Assembly (NCBI GenBank): GCA_002269645.1
Contig: NIVC01001233.1
Span: 62,001 to 126,000, forward strand
Reading direction: 5' to 3'
DNA length: 64,000 bases
From: Macrostomum lignano
Lineage: Eukaryota
Both the position numbers and the translations under genes were made by a program. Position 1 is the stretch's first letter, and the number at the start of each line of letters is the position of its first letter. The notes below the pieces were generated by a model. That model saw only the letters and a program-made list of their open reading frames with translations, was not told where the DNA came from and did not search any database. Below are positions 1 to 12,150 of the stretch, piece after piece.

Positions 1-845
1 AGAGACTCGAGGATCTGGGTAGGTGGAGCTCTGAGGATCTGAGTAGGTGGAGACTTGAGGATCTGAGTAGGTGGAGCCTTGAGGAGCTGGGTAGGTGGAG
101 AATTGAGAATCTGGCTAGGTGGAGCCTTGAGGATCTGGGTAGGTGGAGACTTGAGGATCTGAGTAGGTGGAGCCTTGAGGAGCTGGGTAGGTGGAGCCTT
201 GAGGAGCTGGGTAGGTGGAGACTTGAGGATCTGGGTAGATGGAGACTTGAGGATCTGGGTAGATGGAGACTTGAGGATCTGGGTAGGTGGAGAATTGAGA
301 ATCTGGCTAGGTGGAGCCTTGAGGAGCTGGGTAGGTGGAGAATTGAGAATCTGGGTAGATGGAGACTTGAGGATCTGGGTAGGTGGAGACTTGAGGATCT
401 GGGTAGGTGGAGCCTTGAGGAGCTGGGTAGGTGGAGCCTTGAGGAGCTGGGTAGGTGGAGACTTGAGGATCTGAGTAGGTGGAGACTTGAGGATCTGGGT
501 AGGTGGAGCCTTGAGGATCTGGGTAGGTGGAGCCTTCAGGATCTGGGTAGATGGAGACTTGAGGATCTGGGTAGGTGGAGACTTGAGGATCTGGGTAGGT
601 GGAGCCTTCAGGATCTGGGTAGATGGAGACTTGAGGATCTGGGTAGGTGGAGACTTGAGGATCTGAGTAGGTGGAGCCTTGAGGAGCTGGGTAGGTGGAG
701 CCTTGAGGAGCTGGGTAGGTGGAGACTTGAGGATCTGGGTAGGTGGAGCCTTGAGGAGCTGGGTAGATGGAGACTTGAGGATCTGGGTAGGTGGAGACTT
801 GAGGAGCTGGGTAGGTGGAGCTTTGGAGAGCTGGGTAGATAGAGC
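1..845. repeat. 24-bp minisatellite in EMG1 intron 1 (runs off window edge)
   Basis: Unit GAGGATCTGGGTAGGTGGAGACTT with variants; 8-aa periodic ORF translations (LRIWVGGD). Confidence 0.95.
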
Positions 846-902
846 CTGGATCTAGACTTAGTATGATAAAACTCAATGCGAGTGACTGGGCCATGCTCAA
901 AC

Positions 903-1274
903 CTTAAGCAGTTTCTTCCTGCTACCCTCGGCGGCATGGATAGCGAGCTTGTGCAGCAGCTGCACCATCAGGCCAGCGAATCGATCATAGGTCCTAGGAA
1001 TTCGAGTCTGCGGATCCACCTGGATGAGCACGTTGCGGCTGGTGCGGACAAACACCTGCAATAGGCCGGCCCTGTTAAGAGGCGAGTCCTGCAGCATAAG
1101 CAAGCACTGGTGGGCGATGTCGGGCCGGTAGTCTGCGGGGTCCCGGCCCAGCTTCTTAATGCGGTCCCTGTGCCGGTCGGCCTGCAGCAGGACGTACTCG
1201 CCGCCGACCTTGGCCGTCTCGAGGCTGGCCGACTCCAGCACCACAATGAGGCGCTTCTCAGACTGGTGCGTCAT
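903..1274 (-). CDS. EMG1: EMG1/NEP1 18S rRNA pseudouridine N1-methyltransferase, first coding exon (partial gene)
   Basis: [18 protein letters not shown]...[25 protein letters not shown]...[23 protein letters not shown]...KLLK closely matches the EMG1/Nep1 family as I recall it. Likely ATG at 1274 (MTHQSEKR). The exon ends at AAG|GTTTGA (donor at 902); the rest of the gene is outside the window. Confidence 0.95.
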
Positions 1275-1487
1275 GCATGAAACAAAATGATAAGAATTCG
1301 ATTTATTTAATATGATGCAGCTTTCCCTTGGGTTAGCTTTGAAAATTTGCCAAGGGGTTGCCGTGTGATTCAAACCCATAAGGGCCAACCCTTCTGTAGT
1401 AGAATATAACGAAATAGTAAAATATTAATTAGGACTATCATTAAACTTTGGTTGATAAAATTAGCTAATATATCAACCTGTAATAGT

Positions 1488-1950
1488 GACTTTAGACTGT
1501 GACTTAAACCAAGATGCGAAGAATGGGCGCGCCGACTCTACAGAGCCGACCTGCTTGGCAAAGCCAACGAGCACAAGTGGGCATGTGCCGTTGTGTGCAG
1601 CCTCCACTTCACTGACGAAATGTACAGTTGCCCAAGACTTCGCCAAGAGCCGGGCACGCAACTACTGACTACGGCATTTCCTGCTAGAAATCTGTACAAA
1701 GCGATTCCATCAGTCCTACAATGAAAATCTCTGACTGTCCGAGGTGAACCTTTAGACATGTCTTCGAGAAAGGACGCTCCGCCAATTACTGTGCCCTTAC
1801 CCAAGCCTACCGATCGAAGAGTTGCGACCATGCAGTAGCTAAGGCAGAAACTCAAGGCCAAGAGAAACACTTCAGCATAACTGAGATTCTCACAGTACAA
1901 GTACAGCTTCAGCAGAACAACGAAAGCTGCAACACCTGTTATCCGCTAAA
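1488..1950 (+). pseudogene. Decayed THAP zinc-finger / P-element-like transposase N-terminus
   Basis: Frame not in the ORF track, open 1503-1724: LKPRCEEWARRLYRADLL...VVCSLHFTDEMY...LYKAIPSVL. It has the THAP Trp, CSxHF and AVPTIF-like box. In-frame stops flank it, followed by a basic coiled-coil-like stretch (LRQKLKAKR). Confidence 0.7.
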
Positions 1951-1973
1951 GTATAGGTTGCCTGTTGTTTTAG

Positions 1974-2400
1974 GCTTAAACTGCTGCTCATACTGCTGTT
2001 TTTAAACTGTTCTAGTTTGCAATTTTCATGCTAAATTTTCATGTACGGCTATATCACGTACCCCAATTGCTTAAACTGATGCTCATACTGCTGTTTTTAA
2101 ACTGTTCTAGTTTGCAATTTTCAAGCTAAATTTTCATGTACGGCTATATCACGTACCCCAATTGCTTAAACTGATGCTCATACTGCTGTTTTTAAACTGT
2201 TCTAGTTTGCAATTTTCATGCTAAATTTTCATGTACGGCTATATCACGTACCCCAATTGCTTAAACTGATGCTCATACTGCTGTTTTTAAACTGTTCTAG
2301 TTTGCAATTTTCATGCTAAATTTTCATGTACGGCTATATCACGTACCCCAATTGCTTAAACTGATGCTCATACTGCTGTTTTTAAACTGTTCTAGTTTGC
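1974..2400. repeat. 95-bp tandem repeat, ~4.5 copies
   Basis: Units start at 1974, 2069, 2164, 2259 and 2354 and are near-identical. Confidence 0.95.
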
Positions 2401-2684
2401 GTTGAATGTTCACAATTAATATCTACATTTTCATGTCACTACAGCTGCAAATATACAATTGGGACCTTCTGTTCATAACAATGTCCCCTTCAAATGGACA
2501 TACAAAAAGGTGACTACTTCTCAAATTTCAATACTACTTATCTCTTCTTCACCTCACGAGTAGTGCCTATGGTTTTATATTTTGGCTTTGGATTTGGAAG
2601 CTGATTGAGCATTCTGGTGTATTCTGTGGTATCTAGATTAGGGAAATACTGAGATTGTAAAGGCCTAAAAATAAGAACAGCAAC

Positions 2685-2868
2685 CAGTGGCATAGCCAGG
2701 ATTTCTTTCTAGGGGGGGGGGTCATAGTCACAGGCTCACAGCAGCAACTGGAGGCAAGGGGTGCTAGGCCTCTGCGATGGGGGAGGGAGGGTGCTAAAAA
2801 TTTGGCTTGGATTAGCTGGCTGGGGGGGGGGTTATGGCCCCCGTGACCCCCTCTTGGCTACACCCCTA
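2685..2868. mobile_element. hAT-like MITE (184 bp)
   Basis: Imperfect TIRs CAGTGGCATAGCCAGG / CTTGGCTACACCCCTA. The 8-bp flanks ACAGCAAC and ACAGAAAC match at 7/8, consistent with a TSD. Confidence 0.65.
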
Positions 2869-4622
2869 ACAGAAACCATGTAGGCTCTATTAAGCATAAA
2901 TATTAGCATAGACATTAGGCATTAGGATTAACAAACCATAAATGTGTTAGTAAACAAGTGGCTAATGTTAAAAACCTTTGATCCCTAGAAAATGCAATAA
3001 TTTTAGACTTAGTTTTAAAATTTATAGTGTTTTACTGCTTAGGCATTCATAGCTACCACAAGATTTCTAAGAAATTATAATTTACAATTACAAGAACCAT
3101 AGACCTAGAACAACTTAGAGATATCTATCTATACTACTTATAGATAAAACAAATAAACCTACAACAACTTGGTACCATAATAAAATTTTATAGATGGTAG
3201 AAATTAAACCCTAGTATAACTTAGTGACATTAGTGAAATAGAAGATAAATTAGGAACAAATAGCCCTACAACTTGGTGGCAGTGGTGGGATAATATAATA
3301 GAGTAATAAGGTCTACTATAGAATGGCTACCAGTCAATTTGGTGACAAGTCACTTTGGTGATGGACACTTTAGCAACAATTTTAGAACAAATGAATTTTT
3401 TGTGCCAGTAATTGCCGAATTAGCGACAAAGGGTAAGGCATTTTGGCAAAAGCTGAATATGAACAACTATATAGGCCTAACAACTATTTATTGAGGGTAA
3501 AACAACAATATAAATAAGGTCACAAAGATAATCATTTTTTACTTTAATACAAAAATAAAAATACATCTACAGCCATGCACTTTGTTAAAACATTTCATTA
3601 AAACAGTTGAAAAACTTCTAGATTTTAAATTGAATAAGTCATTATAAAATAAAATATAATATAGAGGTTATAAAGTAATCAGACCATTGAAGTAGCAGCT
3701 GTTTCTTTATTTTATTAAATTGATATATTCTAAAGAATTCTGCTAACTAATTAATGGACTTTATTATATAGACTTTGAGCTGAAACAATATATTATTTAG
3801 AACTTTTTATTGATTTTAACACATTAAATGTTAAATTTTGCTCAAAGTCCATAAAATGGGTAGTCTAGTCTTACAGTCCATAAATTAACAAATATCAAAA
3901 TGGCTTTAGTCCAGGTCTAAGTCCAAGTCCATAAATTAGTTATAGGCCTACTGGAGAAATTGAGAATTTGCCAAAATGGCCTAACATTATTGCCGAAGTG
4001 ACTAGTAGTCCTACAGAACATAGTATACACAATTTCTACTTAAAAAGCACTATATATAGATAGTTAGCATTTCTTTATAATATTTAAATAACAACTTGTA
4101 TAAATTTCAACTTTATACTAAAAAAACTTCCCTGGTCCCTGAAACCAAATTCATTTCAACTTTAGGCTATACTAAAAAAACTTTCCTGGTATAGGCCTAA
4201 TAAATATGATATTCATTCTAAAATATAATCAAAATTCAAAATGCTAAGCCTAATAATGAACAATTGTGATATATACTTATAATACATAAAATGTGTAAAG
4301 CCTAACAAAAAAAACCAAAAAATATTATTCATCTTACTCATACCAGAAAAGTAAAACCAAAATTCATCAAATACCAGACAAATGAAACCAAAATTATTTA
4401 TCCAATGGACTAGTACTAGACAAGCAACATTATTTTATCAATAGGCCCTACTACATGAATTGGCACTTCTAAAGGACAAATGGTCATCCCAAGGCCAGAG
4501 ATTCAACAATCTTAAGTTTTAAATGGTTTCAAATAGGGTTATAAAAGTTATATATTGAAGGATCAGGATCTAAAGATTGTTGTTTTATGAGGATTCTATT
4601 CCATTAGGCCCAAGGCCTATTA

Positions 4623-5105
4623 TAGGCTTTTCATATTAGGCTTACCAATTCCAGAAATAGAATCGGTTTAAATATTTTCATAGTCTGTTCCATTTTCAAA
4701 ATCGGTTCCAGAACCGTGTTTTGGTTCTGGAATTTGGATCCATTGTCACTTGTCATGTTTACACTTTATACTTTAACAGTAAAATATTTGAAATCGATAT
4801 TTGATATTTGAAATCGTCATTTTTTTATTATTGTTATACAAAATGTAGCTGCAATTGATGATATTGTGACATTTCGTAGCTGCAATTGATGATATTGTGA
4901 CATTTTGTAGCTGCATACATTTGTATTATTATTGTTTTTTGGTCATATCCGGCAAGAGGAAACAAAGTCAAGGAAAGACTAATATAAATTGTAAAGACTT
5001 GCAAGTATAAAATGAGTTCGAAGCTTTTCATTTTCCTACCAATTCTGGTCCGGTTCTAGAATCGGAATTATTCTGGTTCTGGAACCAATCTTCGTGAAAA
5101 GCCTA
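4623..5105. mobile_element. Possible old MITE
   Basis: 11-bp TIR TAGGCTTTTCA / TGAAAAGCCTA with internal GGTTCTGGAA/TTCCAGAA-type subterminal repeats; no clear TSD. Confidence 0.4.
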
Positions 5106-5895
5106 GGCCTATCAAATTCAATTCAATTGCAATTGAATTCATTCCATCACATCACATCACATTCACATCATGCATATTTCCGCTCAATTCCAGTAATACT
5201 TAAATTAAAAAAATTAGCTCAGTGAAACTAAAAAAATACAAACGAAACTTATATAAATTTTTTAATATAGTTCAAAGCTAATATTTACGTTTCTTTGTAA
5301 TCGTGTAATCGATCTGCTTTTTCATTAAAAAATAAAAAGCAGGTGAATTCCACAAAGCTGCATTATTTTCTAGGAAAAGTAGCCTACCTAACTTCTTTTG
5401 AGTTCTCCTTTGAGTTCGTCGCTCGTCGCTTTCGAATTCGATGGAGCTCCAAATCGGCGAATTGCGACTTATTTTAACTTATAATGCTTACAAAGTATAT
5501 AAGTTATAAACTATTTCTGCCTTTAAAACTTCTAGTGAGCAGTTACCTTCAGAAGTTGTGCCTAAGACTATATTATAGGTGGTAAATACATGTGTAAAAA
5601 TAGGCCTATAGCTATATCTACCTACCGGGTAGCGCATAAGTAGGGCTTAACTATACAAATTTAAAGTTTAGTCTATGTCAAGGCCTAGGCCTAGGCCTGT
5701 ATAAGAGACTAGTTACTTATGTGCCACCTAGGCCTAGTATAAAAATAATCGCACTTGCAGTCTGGGTTTTTTGTCAAATTCATTATGCCATTTGGCATAA
5801 CAGCATCAAAATCATTATACCATTTTCAGTTTCGAAATGCCATTGGCATAAGATATAGAATAACACCTTGTGAGCCTATAGTTTCCTTTGGTCAC

Positions 5896-6337
5896 TGGTC
5901 AGATCGTCATATTCCATTTCGTCATATTGGATGACGAAGTGACCAGAAGCAAAGTTGCTTAAAAAATAATATGACAAAGTGACCAAATATTTAGTTATGC
6001 TAGATACTTCGTCATCAACCAATCAATCTGTGCGTGATTCGAGTTAGTGTAAACTATTTTTTGTTTAATAACTAAAAGCTGCAACAAGCAGAACCAATCG
6101 ATCAATAGGTTTTATCAATCAAGATGACAAAATGACTGGGATCATTAGGATTCCAAGTAAATATATTTAATTGCCACAATAATTCACTTAAAGTTGGAAC
6201 TAATATGATTGGTGGATGACGAAATGACTCTCTTCAGGTAGTGCATGTTAGGCCCTAATTAAGATGACAAAGTGACCATAGTCAAGGTGAGCACCCCAGA
6301 CACCCAGATGACGAAATGGCAGATAACGAAATGACTA
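5896..6337. mobile_element. Degenerate MITE with GAC(G/A)AA(A/G)TGAC subterminal motifs
   Basis: The ends are imperfect ~30-bp inverted repeats (…CCATTTCGTCAT / ATGACGAAATGG…), with about 7 dispersed GAC(G/A)AA(A/G)TGAC-type motifs. Confidence 0.35.
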
Positions 6338-7875
6338 GGATTAGGAACTGTTTCCTTTAAATCTTCTCAGATTCATGGAGTGATAATAGCTTGCCAATTT
6401 GGCAACTAACTAACAGGTATATACAATATAGAATGCATTATGAAATGTTTATACCTAATTAATGGACTTGGACTTGGACTCAGACTTGGACCCAGACCAA
6501 TATTACTTTTATATTTGCTATTTTATGGACTTTAATCAAACTTTCTACTTCAGGTTTTATATATGAAATTTCTTCTATAAAGCTTTTTATTTAATTTTAG
6601 ATATATTCAATATAGGCCCTAGTCCAATGAATATTTTGAAATCAATTAAGTCTTAAATTAAATATAAGTCTGGCTGACTCTGGCAATGTAGCAATGGCAA
6701 AATAGCAAAAAATTGTTATGCCATTTTGGCATAATAGCATCAAAATCATTATGCCACTTTTAATTTTGATGTGTAATGGCATGCCTACCATTTTGCAGAT
6801 AGTGGGGTATACGCCGGAAAATTCCGGCGTACACTTGATTTCTGTGGCGTATACCAGCATATATTTTTTGGCTGTGTACAGTGTAGCATACAGTGTGGTG
6901 TATGGCGACTGGCATAGAAATTAATGTAAAGAATTTTTTGTGCTTTTTCTGTGTTAAGTTATTTTAAAAACCATTTTTTCTGCTACTATTTTCTCATTTA
7001 CCAATCATTTTAATTACTGGAATTGTCACGACAATCATTATGTCATTATTAATTTTTTGTAGTTTAAATATAAATTTAAATATTTGTTGATATTTTTACT
7101 ATTTTTTAAGTTGACATACATTTAAAATCTGTTGGCATACAATTGAAAATTCAATAAAAATGTGTCCAGCATACACAGAAAACCTTCCGCAATATGGCAT
7201 GCCTATGACCCACACTCTGGATCATATAGTATATGCCCAAAAATTTGGGCCTGCATTGGCTTTGAATGCCAAAACTAGGCATGCACAGTTGACGTGTATC
7301 ATTCCTAAGAAAATAGTGTATGTGCATACCTAGTGTGCATTTTTTAGAATCATATGGAAAAGTTATTGTGAATTAGCAAAATGATAATAAAGTTCTTTTT
7401 CAAGTGTAAATTTCAAGCTTTCTGGGTTTTTAAGCTTGTAGTAAAGCATTTAAACAAATCTTTGCATATATTGATTTTCTATAGTGAATAGTATTGCCAA
7501 ATTAACCAAGTTATCTTTGGGTCCATTATACAATTCACAAAAAGTCATTTATTGTCACAACTGCACAACATAAAAAGGTCATTTATTGTTGCAACACAGG
7601 TATAGTTTTGAGAATGAGCATGCACTCAATTTTTTTGGCGTGCATTTGTAATTATTCAATTTTTGTTTGGGCTTGCACTTAGCATGATCTAGACTATGGC
7701 CTATGATACAAAAAACCTAGATTGCAATAAATTTTAAAATAGCCCCCTATGTTTTTGGTTTTATAAGTTGGCTCATTAGACTCACTAGGCCTAATAATGT
7801 TTTTTGTTCCTATAGGCCTAGGCATGAAATGTATTAGCTTAGGCCTAAAGTTTAGTCATTTTAGTCACTATGGAT

Positions 7876-8278
7876 TGTGACGAAGCGAGCAGTAGTCGTA
7901 GTGGGTTTTTTTTAGTTTTAGCTGAGGATGTATAATTAATTTTTATTTAATTGATAGGATCGCTTTACAGACGAAGGAGTGGACTTCTGTAGCGGTCAAA
8001 CACAGTAGTATGATGAAGGGCCTTCAGTCTAGCGCGTAATAGATGGAGTTTGATTGGTCCACAAGACAATGCTAGAGCCTGCGAATGACAGACGGTAAAA
8101 AGAGACACAATAATTACTTTCAAAATAATTCATTTTGAGATACGATTAAAACAAACTTAAGTATCGATTACATTAGATATAAATATATCAGGTTAGTAAA
8201 TCAAAATTACATTAAAAAATCACAAATTTTATGCTTGAAAAATCCATAAAGTATTTAACCGAATTTGACACCGTCACA
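7876..8278 (-). repeat. 3' LTR (403 bp)
   Basis: Direct repeat of 9713-10114; TG...CA ends; minus-strand AATAAA near the LTR 3' end. Confidence 0.92.
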
Positions 8279-8292
8279 CTCGCCCCTCTTCC
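8279..8292 (-). other. Polypurine tract
   Basis: Minus strand GGAAGAGGGGCGAG abutting the 3' LTR. Confidence 0.8.
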
Positions 8293-9695
8293 GAAAAAAG
8301 GCGAGCTCGAATGTAGAAGCACACGATACTACTTAGATAATATTGATCGAAAGTTCGCTAGACTTTATAAATCCGTGAGCAGCGAAAAGCACGAAATGAA
8401 CACGAGAGTATTGAAATTCAACTTACACATGTAGACTATCGATATTTGGCGGAATAAAAGATTGATTCGGCGAACAATTAATCATCACAAAATTTTCAAT
8501 AGGATTGGATTGGGGAGGCAAAATCTGCACGAACTCAAAACTGATCATAATAATCGGGTATTCAAAAGCAGACACAGCAATCTTGGAAGTGTAAAGTTGG
8601 AACAAAGAAATGTAATATCAAAGAATTGTTAGCTACTGTACAGTGGAATAAGTAATATGCAGATGAGTTGATGAAAATAACAGGAGAATTATGCACACTG
8701 GAAGACGCCGCCGATGCGACGGAGTTGAGAAGGCGAAACCGATGCAGAATGCATCCGCTGCAGAGTGCAGCCAGCCGACAGCAGACGGCTCACCAGCTGG
8801 GCCGGTCCCGGTGGACCGCACGGGCGCGCCCCCGATGGGACGCAGAAGCCGCCCAGACACGCGCACAGTGGCCGAGTGGCGCAGAAAAAAACAGGCACAT
8901 AGAAAAGAAAGAATGCTGAAAAACGCCTATGGCGTCCAGCTTTCGAGGGCCGGCACCGCAACAAATGGGATGTTTCACACGCTCAAAAAAGAAGTGAAGA
9001 GACTGAAGGTGAAAACGACAAGGAACAGACTGCTATAACAGCAAATATAAAAATACATGCAGGAATGATGAAAATAGAATTTAACGTATTGCAGTACACA
9101 AGTATTTGTAAACAGTTATTGAATATTGAAATGCGTGCACAACTTATTAGGTGACGGCAACTGCAAAATAACCAAGGATAGTAAAAAATTCTCAGTGGAA
9201 AAAGTCTATGCAAAGATCCATGCAAGTGATAAAAAAACAGGTGAAAACACAGCATTCAGCATTCAGAAAACGATTATGTCAGACTTCAACGCGCGAAATA
9301 AAATGTACATGAAATGCGGCCATACGTGCATGCACAATAAAAAATGGCAACTTATCTGCACTCGACTTATCTGTTGGGGTGGGCGCGCAAACACCTAGCG
9401 ATCGACTTGAGGTGGAGTGATGACTCAGAGGTACACAGCGCACGCCAGCCCTCTCGGCCCGCCACCTCTCCTCCAAAGAATTGCGTAGCCCAGAACCAGA
9501 ATCAGCTCGTACAGACAGCTGGGTAGACCTGGTTCTACACGAATTGATGCCATAGTTGAAGGCCGTCATTGGTGCATCGATCGTCGCTTTGGAATCTGAC
9601 ATACTCAGGAAAAGTGCAGCGGTGGATCACTATTGCTTCCTCTCACAATGATCTGGGGCTTGGAATTGCAGTGTCGACCCGAGTCGGTTTGATCA

Positions 9696-9707
9696 GTGGG
9701 ACCTCCA
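9696..9707 (-). other. Primer binding site, tRNA-Gln type
   Basis: Minus strand TGGAGGTCCCAC lies 5 nt after the 5' LTR. It is complementary to ...GTGGGACCTCCA, the 3' end of metazoan tRNA-Gln as I recall it. Confidence 0.75.
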
Positions 9708-9712
9708 TTAAA

Positions 9713-10114
9713 TGTGACGAAGCGAGCAGTAGTCGTAGTGGGTTTTTTTTAGTTTTAGCTGAGGATGTATAATTAATTTTTATTTAATTGACAGGATCGC
9801 TTTACAGACGAAGGAGTGGACTTCTGTAGCGGTCAAACACAGTAGTATGATGAAGGGCCTTCAGTCTAGCGCGTAATAGATGGAGTTTGATTGGTCCACA
9901 AGACAATGCTAGAGCCCGCGAATGACAGACGGTAAAAAGAGACACAATAATTACTTTCAAAATAATTCATTTTGAGATACGATTAAAACAAACTTAAGTA
10001 TCGATTACATTAGATATAAATATATCAGGTTAGTAAATCAAAATTACATTAAAAATCACAAATTTTATGCTTGAAAAATCCATAAAGTATTTAACCGAAT
10101 TTGACACCGTCACA
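9713..10114 (-). repeat. 5' LTR (402 bp)
   Basis: Direct repeat of 7876-8278. Confidence 0.92.
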
Positions 10115-12150
10115 GGATAATTTCAATGGGATTTTTTAATTTTGGCTAGGGTGTCTAGTGAGAATTTTTTTAAATCCTTATTTTTTAATTTGGCAACAAT
10201 ATATGTCTTTTGTTTTTTGAAAATGTTGCTAGATATTTTAATCATTATAATATGTGCATATTTTCATTCTATTTTTATTGTCACTCTATGTATTCTATTG
10301 AAACTATGGCCATTATTATAGTATCTAATACAGATTGGCCCTAGCCCCCTAGTGATATAGGCATAATCTAGTGTCCTAGCATAGGAAAAGGGATTTCCAG
10401 TGCAGTTTAGACCTTGGCTACTACACTAGAAAGTAAGAGATGGAAATACAAAACCTAATCATCTAAATTGTGAAACTCAATAGTTATACTTAAATTATAA
10501 TAATAATGAATTGTAGCTCCTGGCTTAATTTATATCCTTAGTATAGAAATGAAGAACAGATTTATACCAACAATTAAGAACAGTTAAGTGTTAATATTAA
10601 TTGTTAGTATTAATCTTTATAAGGATTAGAGATTATTGCTTATTAATATGACAAGCACCTTGTTAAACCTATGAAGGAATTATAAATATAAAATTATTGC
10701 ACAAAATCTTTATATACAAGAAAAAAGAATTAGAAATTAGTATTAGTCCATAGTTACCACAATAATTTTGTAGCCTATTATCATTTTGGTTCCTTGTGTC
10801 TGTTAGTATCAATTCTAAGGATTTGTTTTCTTTTTTTCTTTTTTTTATCTTCTTCCCTTAGCCTTTTTCCCTTTTCTCTTCCTTTTTGTCCTTAATCTCT
10901 ATTCTATTGTAGGTTTCTTTAATTATCCTAAATCCTTATATTTCTTTTATGGTATCTCTATTTTTTTATTGACAATTTCAAATATCTTTATTAATTTAAA
11001 AATATTTTTGTAAATATCTAGTACTTTTTCTGCAAAAAATATCCTAATTATTTTTAAGAAGCAATATATAATAAGTATATAAAAATTAAATCTTTAAATC
11101 TATATATAGACCCTTATTATTGAAACAAATAAAAATCTATATAAATAGCATTGTGCATAAATGAAGAAATCAAATATACCAACATGCTTAAATATATTTA
11201 AATTCCTTTAAAATATTTAAAATTGAAAAATCATCAAATTCAAATAGCATAAATTGCATTGTTGCTCAATAAGTAATACTCAAAGCTAAATAAAATTAGG
11301 TTTAATGTTTTTGTGATCTTGTGCAGTTGCATATCTATATTTTTATATGTTTAATTGGGTATCCACACATTTTTAGATTTGCTCCAATAAGGCCTTAACT
11401 TGTAAACTAGACAAGTTTGCATCTATTTTTGGGCAAAAAATCCTATTTGTTTTCTATATGCTATTTAAAGGTTAAAATATAAGACTAAGTATAAATATAA
11501 GAAAATGTATTCTTCACAAAATAATTCAAACTCTTGAAATTATAAACAAGTGTATAAAAGTACAAGAAAGTTATAAATCCAAAATATAAGAAATGTATTT
11601 CAAGATCTAAATTATTTAATTATTTAATTATTTTTTTATTAACTTATGATGCCCCTATAAAATATATAAAGATTAGTTCAATAGCAGCATGGAAGAGGCA
11701 CATCTTCAGGCCATTGCTTCTGTGGATATTGAAAATTCTGAGCTATTGCATTGTTTTCAAGCCTGGGACCTGTTAGAGATAATAGAGGACTCAGTTGCAC
11801 TAGGAGTCTTGCACTCAGATCTGTATTTGGCAACGTCAGTAGTATGGGTGCATTATAAATAAAAATAGAATGCAAAATTTGTTTTATTCAGCCTATTGTA
11901 AATATTTTTTGCTATTAGTTAGCTAGCTACCATACTAGTGTAACTTTTATTTGTCATTGTATTGGATTCTTAAAGTAGTCAAAGTTCTTTTACAGAATAA
12001 ATGCAATTTTAATATTTCTGAGTGCTCTGGACCATGCAAGAAGGCGTAGCAGCAGAAAAATAAAATACACTAATCCTTCTAACTGTTACCAAGCCCTTGC
12101 TATTTATTAATATTCACTTAGGCCGCGCACTTATTTATTAGCTCAGCGTC

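Larger units (their letters stand above)
7876..10114 (-). mobile_element. Non-autonomous LTR retrotransposon (2,239 bp), probably gypsy-dependent
   Basis: LTRs at 7876-8278 and 9713-10114 differ at only a handful of positions and have TGTGACG...CGTCACA termini. 4-bp TSD GGAT (7872-7875, 10115-10118). PBS and PPT define minus orientation. No gag/pol-sized ORF in the 1.43-kb interior. Confidence 0.92.

Noticed and set aside
175-937. Repeat ORFs at the left edge
   Set aside because: Translations of the 24-bp intronic minisatellite.
8279-9712. Short ORFs inside the LTR element as gag or pol
   Set aside because: No zinc knuckle, protease, RT or integrase motif is recognisable in any listed ORF.
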